Both the position numbers and the translations under genes were made by a program. Positions 35,340 to 44,733 of a stretch of 64,000 bases of DNA are shown here, piece by piece. The stretch's first letter is position 1. Each line of letters opens with the position of its first letter. A model generated the notes under the pieces. That model did not search any database and was not told the origin of the DNA. It saw nothing but the letters and a program-made list of their open reading frames with translations. The DNA is taken from the NCBI GenBank assembly GCA_963842525.1, contig CAWJGT010000019.1, forward strand, positions 128,001 to 192,000, written 5' to 3'. Origin of the DNA: an uncultured Holophagales bacterium (GTDB lineage Bacteria; Acidobacteriota; Thermoanaerobaculia; Multivoradales; UBA5704).

Positions 35340-38253
35340 CCGCCCCGTTTGGGTGGTGCGGAATGGTTCCCTCCAACCACCCCACCTCCCGCTCCCGCCG
35401 CACATACCCGGTCTCGTTCACCAGCGCCCGCGCCCGCGCCACATACCGCCGCGCCGCGGCGAGGTCCCCCTGGTCCCGGCAGAGGCGCGCCCACTCCAGG
35501 TGCGCGTCGCACTCATGAAGCCGCATCGGGCCGCGCTCGGCGATCTCCAGAGCCTCGGTGAGGTCCGCCTTGGCGCCGGTAAAGTCGGAACGGAAGCGTC
35601 GAAGGGCGGCGCGGGCCAGAAGGCCGCGGGGCAGGTCGTCCTCCTGTCCGGCCCGCCGCAGGCCGTCCACCGCACGGTTCAGGGACTCGACGGCCTGGGC
35701 GAGCCCGGCGGTGCGGTCCTCCCCGGGGGCCGTCAGGGCCAGGCCGAGGTGGGCGCGGCCCAGGGTGAGGTGGTCGAGGGCGATGTCGAGGAGGGAATCG
35801 CCCGGCACACGCCATTCAAAGAGTTCCCTCGCCCGCTCCATCACCTCCCGGCAGGCTTGGCGGAACCGCTCGGCCTCCTGTGGGCGGGAGCCCGGCCCGG
35901 CGAGCCCGTCCAGCCCGGAACCGCCCTCCGGCTCCGCCCGGCCCAGCAGCAGGTCGCAGTACTGAGAACCCTGGAGCGAGTAGAGCCGGGTGTACTGCGG
36001 CTGCCGCTCCGCCTGCATCGTCTCGGCCTCGCGGAAGGCCGCCGCGCTCTCCTCCCACCGGCCCGCTTGGTGCAGGGCATCGGCCCATGTCGTTCGGTTG
36101 ACCATCCGCCGGAAGGCATCGCCGCTGCGGTCGGCCAGCTCGACGCTCTGCTCACCGAACGCCACGGCGCGCGGCACCTCCCCCAGGGTCAGGGTCAGCT
36201 CGCTGAGGTTGCTGGCGATGATGGCAGCTTGCTTCCAGTTCTCCTGGGCGATGCCCGCCTCCAGCCCTGCCTCCATCGGCTCGACCGCCTCCGCCAGGCG
36301 GCCCAGGGCGCGCAGGACGAAGGCGGCCTCGTTCAGAACGAACGCCTGCCACTCTGCTCTAAGGCGGAGGGAGGGCTGCGACCAGGGGCGATCGAAGAAC
36401 CCCGCCAGCGCCGTCAGCTCCGACCCGAAGGCTCCGAGCTTGCGCGTGCTGTAGAACTCCGCCCTCCGCAGGCTCCGCCGCCAGTAGACCTCGTTCATCG
36501 CCTCCTGCTGCCGTCCTGCCCGGCAGCCGTGGACCACGGCAGCGTAGAGCGGCTGCATCGCTTCCAGGCTGTCGGGGAGGTCCGGCGCTGCCTGGCGAAG
36601 CTGCTCGTAGAGGCGCCGGTTGCCTTCCTGCCAGGCGTCGGGGCGGTGGCTCTCGAGCTCTTCCGCGAAGCAGGCGCGCACCAGAGGATGGGCATCGAGG
36701 GTCTCCGGCTCCCGCGCATCGGCCGCCGCCAGCAGGCTGTGGTCTCGCAGGGTGCTGACCGCCAGGTGCCAGTCCTCGTCCGAAAGGCCTACCAGAGGCT
36801 CGGTAAGCCCGGGGATTGGCGGCGCGGCACGCAAGGCCTTCAGGGCTGCGGCCTCGGCCGGCCGGTCGAAGAGGCCGAGGAGGCGGAGGATCGCCAGCTC
36901 CGGTCCCTCGCCCAGCCAGCGGGCATAGGCTTCGATCACGCGAAAGGCGTGGCCGCCTAGTTTCTTATCAGCCTGATGGAGGTCGATCTCGCGGCGCTTG
37001 CGGACATCGCCGCCGTGCACCCGCCGCAGGAAGTTGCCGAGAAGGGTCATGGTGAGGGCGTGCCGCTGGAAGTCCTCGGCCGCGGCGCGCAGATCTTTCT
37101 CTCGTCCGTCCACACCCAGCTTGCGGAGCAGGTCCACGGCCGCGTCCAGGCCTAATTCCTCCAAATGGACCTGCGGCGCCGTGCTCGGGGAGCCGGCGAG
37201 GTCGGCGATCCGTTCCCTTGTGGTGACCACGCAGAGGCCCGGGTTGGCCCAGGCCAGATTCTTGAGCAGGGCGGCGAGGCCAGGGTCCTTGAGGCGGCCC
37301 TCGATCTCCTGCCGGCCCGGCGGGTATTGCAGGGGCTCGATGCCGTCGAGGATGAGGAGGCTGCGTTCCTTCCTGATCAAACCGGCGAGGCGGGCACCGC
37401 GGTCGTGCAGGGAGCCGGCCTTGGGGTCGGAATCTCCGAAGAAGCGGAGCGCGTAGTCGATGAACGGCTCGGCGGAAGTGTTCTGGTCTTTGCTCCCCTG
37501 GCTGTAGAACGACCAGGCGAGCGCCCGCATGGCGCCGCGCCAGCTGTCGGCTGCCATGCGGTCCAGCCAGTGTGCGACCAGCGCTGACTTGCCGATGCCT
37601 CCGAAGGCCACGAGGGTGAGGACGTGGATGGATGGGTCGTCCCAGGCGGCATCGAGGCGGGTGAGCTCCGCTTCACGGCCGACGAAGTGCTCGCCGGGGA
37701 TGGGCAGGCGGCCGAGGTCGAGAGTGGGGGTCGAGGTGGCGGGAGTCCTCACCCCCGGCCCCTCTCCCATCTCCCTCCCACCCTGGCCCCGGGAGAGGGG
37801 AGAAGGCAGCCTTAATAGATCCCGAATCTCCAGGGCCAGAGCGGTGAGATCCTCCTCGACCTTGACTTTCCGACCCTTCGAGAGAGGCCGGCCGTCCTTT
37901 GGGCGGCACTGGGTCGCCGCAATCCACTCGACGGCCTGCCACGGGCACGGGTGGATGATGAGTGGGATGATCCGCAGGCCATCCTGTGCCCGGCGTTGGA
38001 GGAGGCTAGGCACCTCCGTGCCGCGGATGAAGTCCGAGGTCAGGAAGTCGGCCGAGATGAGCAGCACAGCGGCCTGGGCATCTTCCATGGCCGTCTCGAT
38101 CTCGGCGCGCCAACCGTCGCCTGCTGCGATCTTCCGGTCGTCCCAGACTTCGAGGTCTCCCTCCAACTCAAGGACGCGTAACTGCCGGACGAGCCGGTTC
38201 TTCCAGGTCTCGTCCTGATGGCTGTAGCTGATGAAGACCCGCGGGCCGCTCAT
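35335..38253 (-). CDS. TIR domain - STAND NTPase - TPR protein (bacterial NLR/Avs-like)
   Basis: VFISYSH.D, WDDRKI.AG..W, LLISADFL.SDFI...E (TIR); FVGRE.EL, GGIGKS (Walker A), LLILDGIE (Walker B), VVTTR; C-terminal TPR helices. Confidence 0.88.
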   Translation of the reverse strand: MSGPRVFISYSHQDETWKNRLVRQLRVLELEGDLEVWDDRKIAAGDGWRAEIETAMEDAQAAVLLISADFLTSDFIRGTEVPSLLQRRAQDGLRIIPLIIHPCPWQAVEWIAATQCRPKDGRPLSKGRKVKVEEDLTALALEIRDLLRLPSPLSRGQGGREMGEGPGVRTPATSTPTLDLGRLPIPGEHFVGREAELTRLDAAWDDPSIHVLTLVAFGGIGKSALVAHWLDRMAADSWRGAMRALAWSFYSQGSKDQNTSAEPFIDYALRFFGDSDPKAGSLHDRGARLAGLIRKERSLLILDGIEPLQYPPGRQEIEGRLKDPGLAALLKNLAWANPGLCVVTTRERIADLAGSPSTAPQVHLEELGLDAAVDLLRKLGVDGREKDLRAAAEDFQRHALTMTLLGNFLRRVHGGDVRKRREIDLHQADKKLGGHAFRVIEAYARWLGEGPELAILRLLGLFDRPAEAAALKALRAAPPIPGLTEPLVGLSDEDWHLAVSTLRDHSLLAAADAREPETLDAHPLVRACFAEELESHRPDAWQEGNRRLYEQLRQAAPDLPDSLEAMQPLYAAVVHGCRAGRQQEAMNEVYWRRSLRRAEFYSTRKLGAFGSELTALAGFFDRPWSQPSLRLRAEWQAFVLNEAAFVLRALGRLAEAVEPMEAGLEAGIAQENWKQAAIIASNLSELTLTLGEVPRAVAFGEQSVELADRSGDAFRRMVNRTTWADALHQAGRWEESAAAFREAETMQAERQPQYTRLYSLQGSQYCDLLLGRAEPEGGSGLDGLAGPGSRPQEAERFRQACREVMERARELFEWRVPGDSLLDIALDHLTLGRAHLGLALTAPGEDRTAGLAQAVESLNRAVDGLRRAGQEDDLPRGLLARAALRRFRSDFTGAKADLTEALEIAERGPMRLHECDAHLEWARLCRDQGDLAAARRYVARARALVNETGYVRREREVGWLEGTIPHHPNGAG
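37747..37803 (+). repeat. Family-1 palindromic repeat, in frame in the TIR-NTPase linker
   Basis: cctcacccccggcccctctcccat…gggagaggggag; encodes SPLSRGQGGREMGEGPGVR on the minus strand. Confidence 0.85.
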
Positions 38254-38489
38254 TCGTGTGCTCCTGGGGACACGAAGATTGTAGCGGAAGGGGCCTCCTC
38301 TCTCTCCCGCACTCCCACCTGATTGTGTTGTGCTTGTTCGCGCTATGGTACGCAATCAATCCGGGCAGCGCGAGCGGAGGCTGGACCGAGCCGCTCCACG
38401 GTGTGCTCTGCAATAGCTGGCTTCTCCAAGAGCTGATCCAGGAACGGGAGCATTGCAGCCTTGCACAGCTACGCTGCCGAACATTCTGC

Positions 38490-38762
38490 GCTCACGTCCA
38501 TCACGGCTGACATCACTCCTGCCGTGGTCCGCATCACTCCGGCCAGATTGCACATCACGCACGCCAGTCTGTACGATACTCCGAGTACATCAGGAGTCAC
38601 TCCTGCCACTCTCGGAGTGATGCATGATACACAAAGAGTGATGTGCACCATGACGGTAGCGATGTGCTCCACGGCAGGAGTGATGTGCTCCATCCTCGGA
38701 GTGATCCGTTCCATCCGTGGAGCGTCGCACGCCATCTTGGTGGTGATGCACGCCGCGCTAGT
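38490..38762. repeat. 21-bp-periodic array forming a large imperfect palindrome
   Basis: Blocks in exact phase at 38490, 38511, 38532, 38553, 38574, 38595, 38616, 38637, 38658, 38679, 38700, 38721 and 38742; left units CATCACTCC, right units GGAGTGATG; dyad centre CAGGAGTCACTCCTG (38591-38605). Confidence 0.85.
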
Positions 38763-38841
38763 TGTGCCGCCGAATGGGCGAGAGCGCCATGGCGCAGAAG
38801 GGGGAGCTGCCAATTCGGAGCAGCCGGCGCCAGGGCCGGCG

Positions 38842-39012
38842 GTGGGCGACGTCCGCCGCTTCCTGCCGGTCGCCGCAGAAGCGCAGGCACCAGCCCGCCA
38901 CCCTGGGATAGAACCGGCGATAGAGGATGGACAGGCAGGCATCCGCCTCCGCCGGCTCCGAGCACAGCGGAACAGGCATCCGCCGTGCCTGATATATGCT
39001 TGCGTCGTTCAA
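38842..39012 (-). pseudogene. ECF sigma factor fragment (region 1.2/2 only)
   Basis: EADACLSILYRRFYPRVAGWCLRFCGDRQEAADVAH resembles sigma region 2.1-2.2, and similarity ends there. Confidence 0.55.
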
Positions 39013-39042
39013 CTCGAAGCGCAAACAAGGAAGGAGCCGTCG

Positions 39043-39780
39043 ATGTCCTGGCAGAGACTCGGAGCAGGTTTGGCGTTGCTTTTTCTGGCGGCGTTTCCGC
39101 TGCGTGCCCAGCACGCAGACTTCGGAAGGGCTCTCTTCGCGCGTGGTCTGGCCCGGGCCTGTTGGTACGGGCAGCCCGGCTTGACGCCGCGCACCGGCCT
39201 GTTCCGGCCGGATCAGCCGATCGTGCGAGCTCTGCCGGCAGAGCAGGATGCACGGTATGGCGCCGGAGCCGGCGCCCATACCGGCTGGCGGGTCGAGGAG
39301 CAGGCGACCCGCATCTCCCAGATTGCCGAGCGCGTTGTGCGCCATCCCTCCAATCCCTATGGGATCACCGGAAACGCAACCTGGAAGCTGGGGATTCAGG
39401 ACACGCTCGACCTGTTTGCGATCTGTGGGGCGTTCGAAGAGCTGGATGCAATGGATGCGCGGCTCTTTCCAGAGTCACCGGTGCGGCCTGAATGCCCGCC
39501 TGCGCCGGTCTGTCCGACCTGTCCGCCCGAGCGCATCTGTCCGCCCCCTCAGCCGTGCCCGGAATGCCCTGCATGCCCGTCATGCCCCAGGCCGACGCTG
39601 ACCGCGCCCGCTCGCGAGACATTGGAAGCGATCGACACGTGGCGCACGATCGGCCCGGGCAGGAGGGCCAAAATCGTCCAACTCGTCGCCGAGCTCAAGG
39701 CATTGCTGGCGCCGCCCCCGCCAGAGCCTTCCACGGGCAGGTTCGGGGAGGTGACCGTGGTGCCGGCTTCCAGGCCGTGA
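39043..39780 (+). CDS. Secreted hypothetical protein with Cys-Pro repeat segment
   Basis: AAGGAG RBS; signal peptide (…PLRA|Q); PECPPAPVCPTCPPERICPPPQPCPECPACPSCP. Confidence 0.65.
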   Translation: MSWQRLGAGLALLFLAAFPLRAQHADFGRALFARGLARACWYGQPGLTPRTGLFRPDQPIVRALPAEQDARYGAGAGAHTGWRVEEQATRISQIAERVVRHPSNPYGITGNATWKLGIQDTLDLFAICGAFEELDAMDARLFPESPVRPECPPAPVCPTCPPERICPPPQPCPECPACPSCPRPTLTAPARETLEAIDTWRTIGPGRRAKIVQLVAELKALLAPPPPEPSTGRFGEVTVVPASRP

Positions 39781-39862
39781 GGATTTGGCGGTAACGCCGC
39801 CCAGCCCTCGGCACTCTGAAGAGACGGGCGTAAGATCTTCGCGCGAGCGAAAGGAGGGCACC

Positions 39863-41386
39863 ATGGGTGGCGAGACACAGCTTTCGGGACCGGATCTGAG
39901 CCAGGGGATTCCGCAGTCGGACCTGCCGGAGGGTGGGCAGGTCGTGGGGCACAGCGGCGGCGAGGCGGTGTTGGTGGTGCGCCGCGGCGAGGACATCTTC
40001 GCGATCGGCGCTCAGTGCACGCACTACGGCGGGCCTCTGGGCGAGGGGCTGGTGGTGGACGACACGGTGCGCTGCCCCTGGCACCATGCATGTTTCAGCC
40101 TGCGTACAGGGGAGGCGGTACGCGCTCCCGCTCTCAACCCGGTGGCCTGTTTTCGGGTGGATCGTGAAGGGGACCGGGTGTTCGTGCGCGACAAGGTGGA
40201 GGTGCGTCCGCACAGGCCGGCGCCCCAGGGAGAGGTGCCGGATCCCGTCGTGATCGTCGGCGCCGGGGGGGCCGGCAACGCGCTTGCGGAGACGCTGCGC
40301 AAGGAAGGGTACAGCGGCCGGATCGTGATGGTCGGCCCGGAGCCGGACACCCCCTACGACCGGCCCAATCTGTCCAAGGACTATCTCGCCGGCAATGCTC
40401 CGGAGGACTGGATCCCCCTCCGTCCGCGCGATTTCTATGACGAGCAGCGGATCGAGCTGATGCTCGGCAGCGGTGTGAAGTCGATCGATCTTGCAGGGAA
40501 GACCGTGGCTCTGGAGGACGGCCGCACGCTGGGCTGGGGCGCCCTGGTCCTCGCCACCGGAGCCGAGCCGGTCCGCTTGTCGATTCCCGGGGCCGACCTT
40601 CCCCACGTCCACCTCCTGCGCTCGCTGGCGGACAGCCGGGCGATCATCGCCAAGGCCGAGGGAGCGAAACGGGCGGTGGTCGTCGGCGCGAGCTTCATCG
40701 GCCTCGAGGTGGCGGCGTCGCTGCGCGCCCGCGGTCTGGAGGTCACGGTCGTGGCTCCGGACGAGCGGCCTCTGGGCCGGGTGATGGGGCCGCAGCTCGG
40801 CGACTTCATCCGCGGCCTCCACGAGGAGCACGGCGTCGTCTTCAAGCTGGGGACCAAGCCGGCGGCCATCACGGGCACGGAGGTGCGCCTGGAGAGCGGC
40901 GAGAGCCTGTCGGCGGACCTGGTGGTCGTCGGCGTCGGCGTGCGCCCGCGCGTCGCTCTCGCCGAAGCGGCCGGCCTTGCCGTGGACAACGGCGTCATGG
41001 TCGACGAGCTCCTGCGCGCCAGCGCTCCGGGAGTCTGGGCGGTGGGAGACATCGCGCGCTGGCCCGACCCTCGCTCGGGGGAGCGCATCCGCGTCGAGCA
41101 CTGGGTGGTGGCCGAGCGCCAGGGCCAGACGGCGGCGCGCAACCTCCTGGGCCGGGGCGAGCGCTTCGATGCCGTTCCGTTCTTCTGGAGCCAGCATTAC
41201 GACGTGGCGATCAACTACGTCGGCCACGCGCCGAAATGGGACGACATCGAGGTGAGCGGATCAGTGGCCGAGCGCAGCGCCGTCGTGACGTTCCGTTCCA
41301 ACGGCCGCACCGCCGCGGTCGCCACTGTCTTCCGTGACAAGGAGAGCCTCGAGGCCGAGGTTGCCATGGAGCGCGAGGCAGGGTGA
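39863..41386 (+). CDS. Rieske [2Fe-2S] + FAD-dependent pyridine nucleotide-disulfide oxidoreductase (AIF-like)
   Basis: CTHYG…CPWHH Rieske ligands; GAGGAG, PYDRPNLSK, GASFIG, AVGDIA and VPFFWS motifs. Confidence 0.92.
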   Translation: MGGETQLSGPDLSQGIPQSDLPEGGQVVGHSGGEAVLVVRRGEDIFAIGAQCTHYGGPLGEGLVVDDTVRCPWHHACFSLRTGEAVRAPALNPVACFRVDREGDRVFVRDKVEVRPHRPAPQGEVPDPVVIVGAGGAGNALAETLRKEGYSGRIVMVGPEPDTPYDRPNLSKDYLAGNAPEDWIPLRPRDFYDEQRIELMLGSGVKSIDLAGKTVALEDGRTLGWGALVLATGAEPVRLSIPGADLPHVHLLRSLADSRAIIAKAEGAKRAVVVGASFIGLEVAASLRARGLEVTVVAPDERPLGRVMGPQLGDFIRGLHEEHGVVFKLGTKPAAITGTEVRLESGESLSADLVVVGVGVRPRVALAEAAGLAVDNGVMVDELLRASAPGVWAVGDIARWPDPRSGERIRVEHWVVAERQGQTAARNLLGRGERFDAVPFFWSQHYDVAINYVGHAPKWDDIEVSGSVAERSAVVTFRSNGRTAAVATVFRDKESLEAEVAMEREAG

Positions 41387-41388
41387 GA

Positions 41389-41564
41389 GCCCTCACCCCC
41401 GACCCCTCCCATCCGCACTCACACCCGCCCGGGAGAGGGGAGCCCCCACCCAGAAGCTTCCTGAGAGTGTATTTCCCCCCTCTCCCGGGGGAAGGGAGTG
41501 CGGATGGGAGAGGCGCCGGGGGTGAGGGCTCTGCGCGCCGCCGCACGACTTTTAAGATACCCTC
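41389..41564. mobile_element. Family-1 REP doublet with a MITE-like right end
   Basis: Inverted copy of the 53083-53223 doublet including its spacer; right-end-like GACTTTTAAGATACCCTC followed by TTA at 41547-41567. Confidence 0.6.
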
Positions 41565-41607
41565 TTAGCCTTCGCACGCGTGCGCAAAAGGAAAAGGGAG
41601 GTGCGGG

Positions 41608-42468
41608 ATGCGGCTGGCGGTCTTTCAGGTGCCGTACGATTCAGGGCGCTACGGAGAGCGGGCGGGCAAGGGGCCTCTCCATCTGGTCGATCGGGGGTTG
41701 ATCGAGCAGCTCGGGCGCAAGGGGCATGACGTCGAGCTCGTCCCGATCCACCTCGGCGAAGGATTTTCCGTGGAGGTCGGGTCCGCGGTCGAGATCCAGC
41801 GGCTCCTCTCCCGGCGGGTCTCGGCGGCCCGCGCCGACGGACGGCTGCCGATCGTGCTCTCCGGCAACTGCAATGTCTCGGTGGGCGTCCTCGGCGCGGT
41901 GTCGCCGGGTGCGACCGGCGTGGTCTGGCTCGATGCGCACGGCGACTTCAACACGCCCGAGACGTCGCCGTCGGGGTTCTTCGACGGCATGTCGCTGTCG
42001 ATCGTCACCGGCGGCTGCTGGCGCGCGCTGGCCGCCACGGTCCCGGGGTTCAGCCCGGTGGCCGAGCAGGACGTGGTCCTCGTCGGCGCGCGCGACCTGG
42101 ACGTCGAGGAGGAGCACCGGCTCGACTTCTCGCAGGTGCGCCGGGTGGGCGTCGACGCCCTGCGGCAGGACGGCGTGGCCATGGCGCTGGCCCATCCTCT
42201 GGAAGAGATTGCGGGGCGCCGGCCTCTGGCCTACCTGCACATCGACCTGGACGTGCTCGATCCCACCGAGCTGAAGGCCAACGTCTTCTCCGTTCCGGGA
42301 GGTCTGAGCCTCCCGGAGGCGGTCGAAGTGGTGCTGGAGGTGGGGGAGCGGTTCGAGATCGCCGCGGTGTCGCTGACCGCCTACGACCCCGAGCACGACC
42401 GGGAAGATCGCGGACCCCGGGTCGCCGCGGAGCTGGTCGAGGCGGTGCTCGCAGCGGCCCGGGGGTGA
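41608..42468 (+). CDS. Arginase family (ureohydrolase) protein
   Basis: WLDAHGDFNTPETS.SG..DGM, GARDLD, YLHIDLDVLD and GGLS motifs. Confidence 0.9.
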   Translation: MRLAVFQVPYDSGRYGERAGKGPLHLVDRGLIEQLGRKGHDVELVPIHLGEGFSVEVGSAVEIQRLLSRRVSAARADGRLPIVLSGNCNVSVGVLGAVSPGATGVVWLDAHGDFNTPETSPSGFFDGMSLSIVTGGCWRALAATVPGFSPVAEQDVVLVGARDLDVEEEHRLDFSQVRRVGVDALRQDGVAMALAHPLEEIAGRRPLAYLHIDLDVLDPTELKANVFSVPGGLSLPEAVEVVLEVGERFEIAAVSLTAYDPEHDREDRGPRVAAELVEAVLAAARG

Positions 42469-42644
42469 GGGGCCAGCTCCAATGCTGTTTGGAGAAAGAA
42501 GCCCAGAGAGTCTACCTGCGAGCTCGTAAAGCGTCCAACCTGGGAGAGCTTTCGTGGTCCGTGTCACGCGGACCATGGTCCCTCCGAGGGGGTTTTGGAA
42601 AGTCCTGGCGCAGGCGGGGCCAATCGTCCTATCCTGCTCGCAGC

Positions 42645-43316
42645 ATGGCCGGCAAGCTCCTTGTGGTCGCGACGCCGATCGGCAACCTGGACGACCTGTC
42701 TCCACGCGGGCGTGCCGCCTTCGAGGAGGCCGACCTCGTCGCCTGTGAGGACACCCGTCACACGGGCCGCCTCCTGGCCCATTTCGGGATCAGGAAGCCG
42801 CTTGTCTCCCTCCACGAGCACAACGAGCGGCAACGCCTCCCTCGTCTCCTTGCCGATCTGGAGGAGGGGAAGACGATCGCGGTGGCGAGCGACGCCGGGA
42901 CCCCTCTGCTCTCCGATCCAGGCTTCCTCCTGGTCCGCGAGGCCGCGGCGCGAAGCATCCGCGTCGAGGCCATCCCCGGCCCGTCGGCGCTCCTCACGGC
43001 GTTGGTCGCCTCGGGCCTCCCGCCGTACCCCTTCACCTTTGCCGGCTTCCCTCCTCCCAAGTCCGGCAAGCGGCGCAACTTCTACAAAGGTTGGGCCGAG
43101 CTGGGCCACACCCTGATCCTCTTCGAGTCCCCCCACCGCCTCCTTGCCAGCCTGGCGGATGCCCTCACGGAGCTTGGGGACCGGCCGGTCGCCGTCGCCC
43201 GGGAGCTGACCAAGATGCACGAGGAGGTGCTGCGGGGGAAGCTCTCGGAGGTCCTTGAAGAGCTGAAGGGCAGGCAGGCGCTCAAGGGGGAATTCGTGGT
43301 GGTAGTGGGAAGCTAG
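42645..43316 (+). CDS. rsmI: 16S rRNA (cytidine-1402-2'-O)-methyltransferase
   Basis: VATPIGNLDD, ACEDTR, SDAGTP.LSDPG, FESPHR, ARELTK.HEE and KGEFVVVV motifs. Confidence 0.95.
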   Translation: MAGKLLVVATPIGNLDDLSPRGRAAFEEADLVACEDTRHTGRLLAHFGIRKPLVSLHEHNERQRLPRLLADLEEGKTIAVASDAGTPLLSDPGFLLVREAAARSIRVEAIPGPSALLTALVASGLPPYPFTFAGFPPPKSGKRRNFYKGWAELGHTLILFESPHRLLASLADALTELGDRPVAVARELTKMHEEVLRGKLSEVLEELKGRQALKGEFVVVVGS

Positions 43317-43325
43317 AATCCCCGG

Positions 43326-44565
43326 ATGAGCCGCCGCATCGCTCTGGGCCTTCTCCTGGCTCTGGCCCTTTGCGCAGTCCTGGAAGGTGTTGCACGGCTG
43401 GTGCAGCAGCCCCGGCCTCCTACCGGGCTGGAGTGGATGGAGCATTCCGCCCAACTCGGCTGGCGCAATCGGCCGGAGTTCCGCGGCACGGCCTTCGATG
43501 CCGAGCGCACGCTCGATGAGAATGGCCTCTTCACTGTGGACTCGGCTGCCGCCACGCCGGAAGAGCGGGCAGGCAAGCGGCTGGTCCTGCTGCTCGGCGA
43601 TTCGCGCACCTTCGGCAACGGTGTTTCGACGGAGGAGACCTATGGGGAGGTCCTCGACCGCAGCCTGCCCGGCTTCGAGGTGATCAACCGGGGGGTCCCC
43701 GGATACTCGTCTTTCCAGGGCCGGGCCTTCCTGGAGATCGACGCTCCGCGCTTCCGTCCCGACGTCGTCGTCTTTGCCTTCGGCTTCAACGATCGCCGCT
43801 ACGTGCTGCGCCCCGAGGAGGTGGACGGCGAGGATCGCTTCCGGCGGCTGGCGCGCCGGGCCTCCTGGGCCCGCTTGGCGGGCTCGCTTGCGCTCGTGGA
43901 CCTCCTCGGGGGACATCCTTCGGGCGAGCCCGGCGCCGTAGAGAAGCCTCTCGATCTCGGCACTGTCCTCCCGCGGGTCTCACCGGCGAGCTTCCGCAGA
44001 AATCTCGAAGCCGCGGCCCGGTACTGCGCCGAGCACGGGATCCGGCTCGTCTTCCTCCTCCTGGACGACAACCCGGCCGACACCCGGGAAGCTCGACAAT
44101 GGCGTGCGGGGTCTGAAGGCGGGGCGCCTGGCAGAGGCCGAGCGGGCACTGCGCGCCGCGATCCTGGACGACGACGACAAGTTCTCGGATGCCGCCCGGC
44201 TCCAGCTCGCCGCACTCTACGATCGGGCCGGCCGTCGACAGGAAGCAGCCGCGGTCCGGGTCAGCCCCCGGACCTTCTATTCCGTTACCGGGGGATATCC
44301 CATCCTGTCCCAGCAGGACTACCGCGCGATCACCCTGGAGGTCGCGGCACGGTATGGCGTCCGCGCCGTGGATGCGGGTGCGGTCCTGGGCCGGCATCCC
44401 GAGTGGTACCTCGATTTCTGCCACTTCGGCCGCGACGGTCACCGTGCAGTGGCCGGGTTGCTCGCTGCCGAGCTGACATCAGGGCGCTGGACGCCGTTGA
44501 AGCCAGAAGAGCGCGATCCCGACCGAGCCGGCGCCCATGAACATCTCCAGCTTGCGCAGAAATGA
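43326..44565 (+). CDS. Membrane-anchored SGNH/GDSL hydrolase with TPR-like insert (apparent +1 frameshift near 44090)
   Basis: LGDSRTFG, INRGVPGYSS and FGFND blocks; the catalytic D..H (LDFCHF) is in the 44104..44565 frame. Confidence 0.75.
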
Positions 44566-44733
44566 GGGTGCTCGCACACCGGCCCAGGTCTCCAGGACGG
44601 TGTAGCAGCCTCTCTCCCTTCCGGTGACCGGATCGTAGTGGCTCACGGTAAAGCTCAGCGAGTCCCAGAGCAGCCATCCTCCCAGGCAGGCCGTCAGCAG
44701 GGCGGCCGGCAGGATAAGGAGCCATCGCCTCAA
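44479..44733 (-). CDS. Small two-TM membrane protein
   Basis: TTG overlapping the upstream stop (TTGA); two hydrophobic segments. Confidence 0.5.
   Translation of the reverse strand: MRRWLLILPAALLTACLGGWLLWDSLSFTVSHYDPVTGRERGCYTVLETWAGVRAPSFLRKLEMFMGAGSVGIALFWLQRRPAP

Noticed and set aside
38461-39780. Single 439-aa ORF spanning the array and the Cys-Pro protein
   Set aside because: An RBS and signal peptide mark the start at 39043; the upstream part is the repeat array plus the antisense of a sigma fragment.
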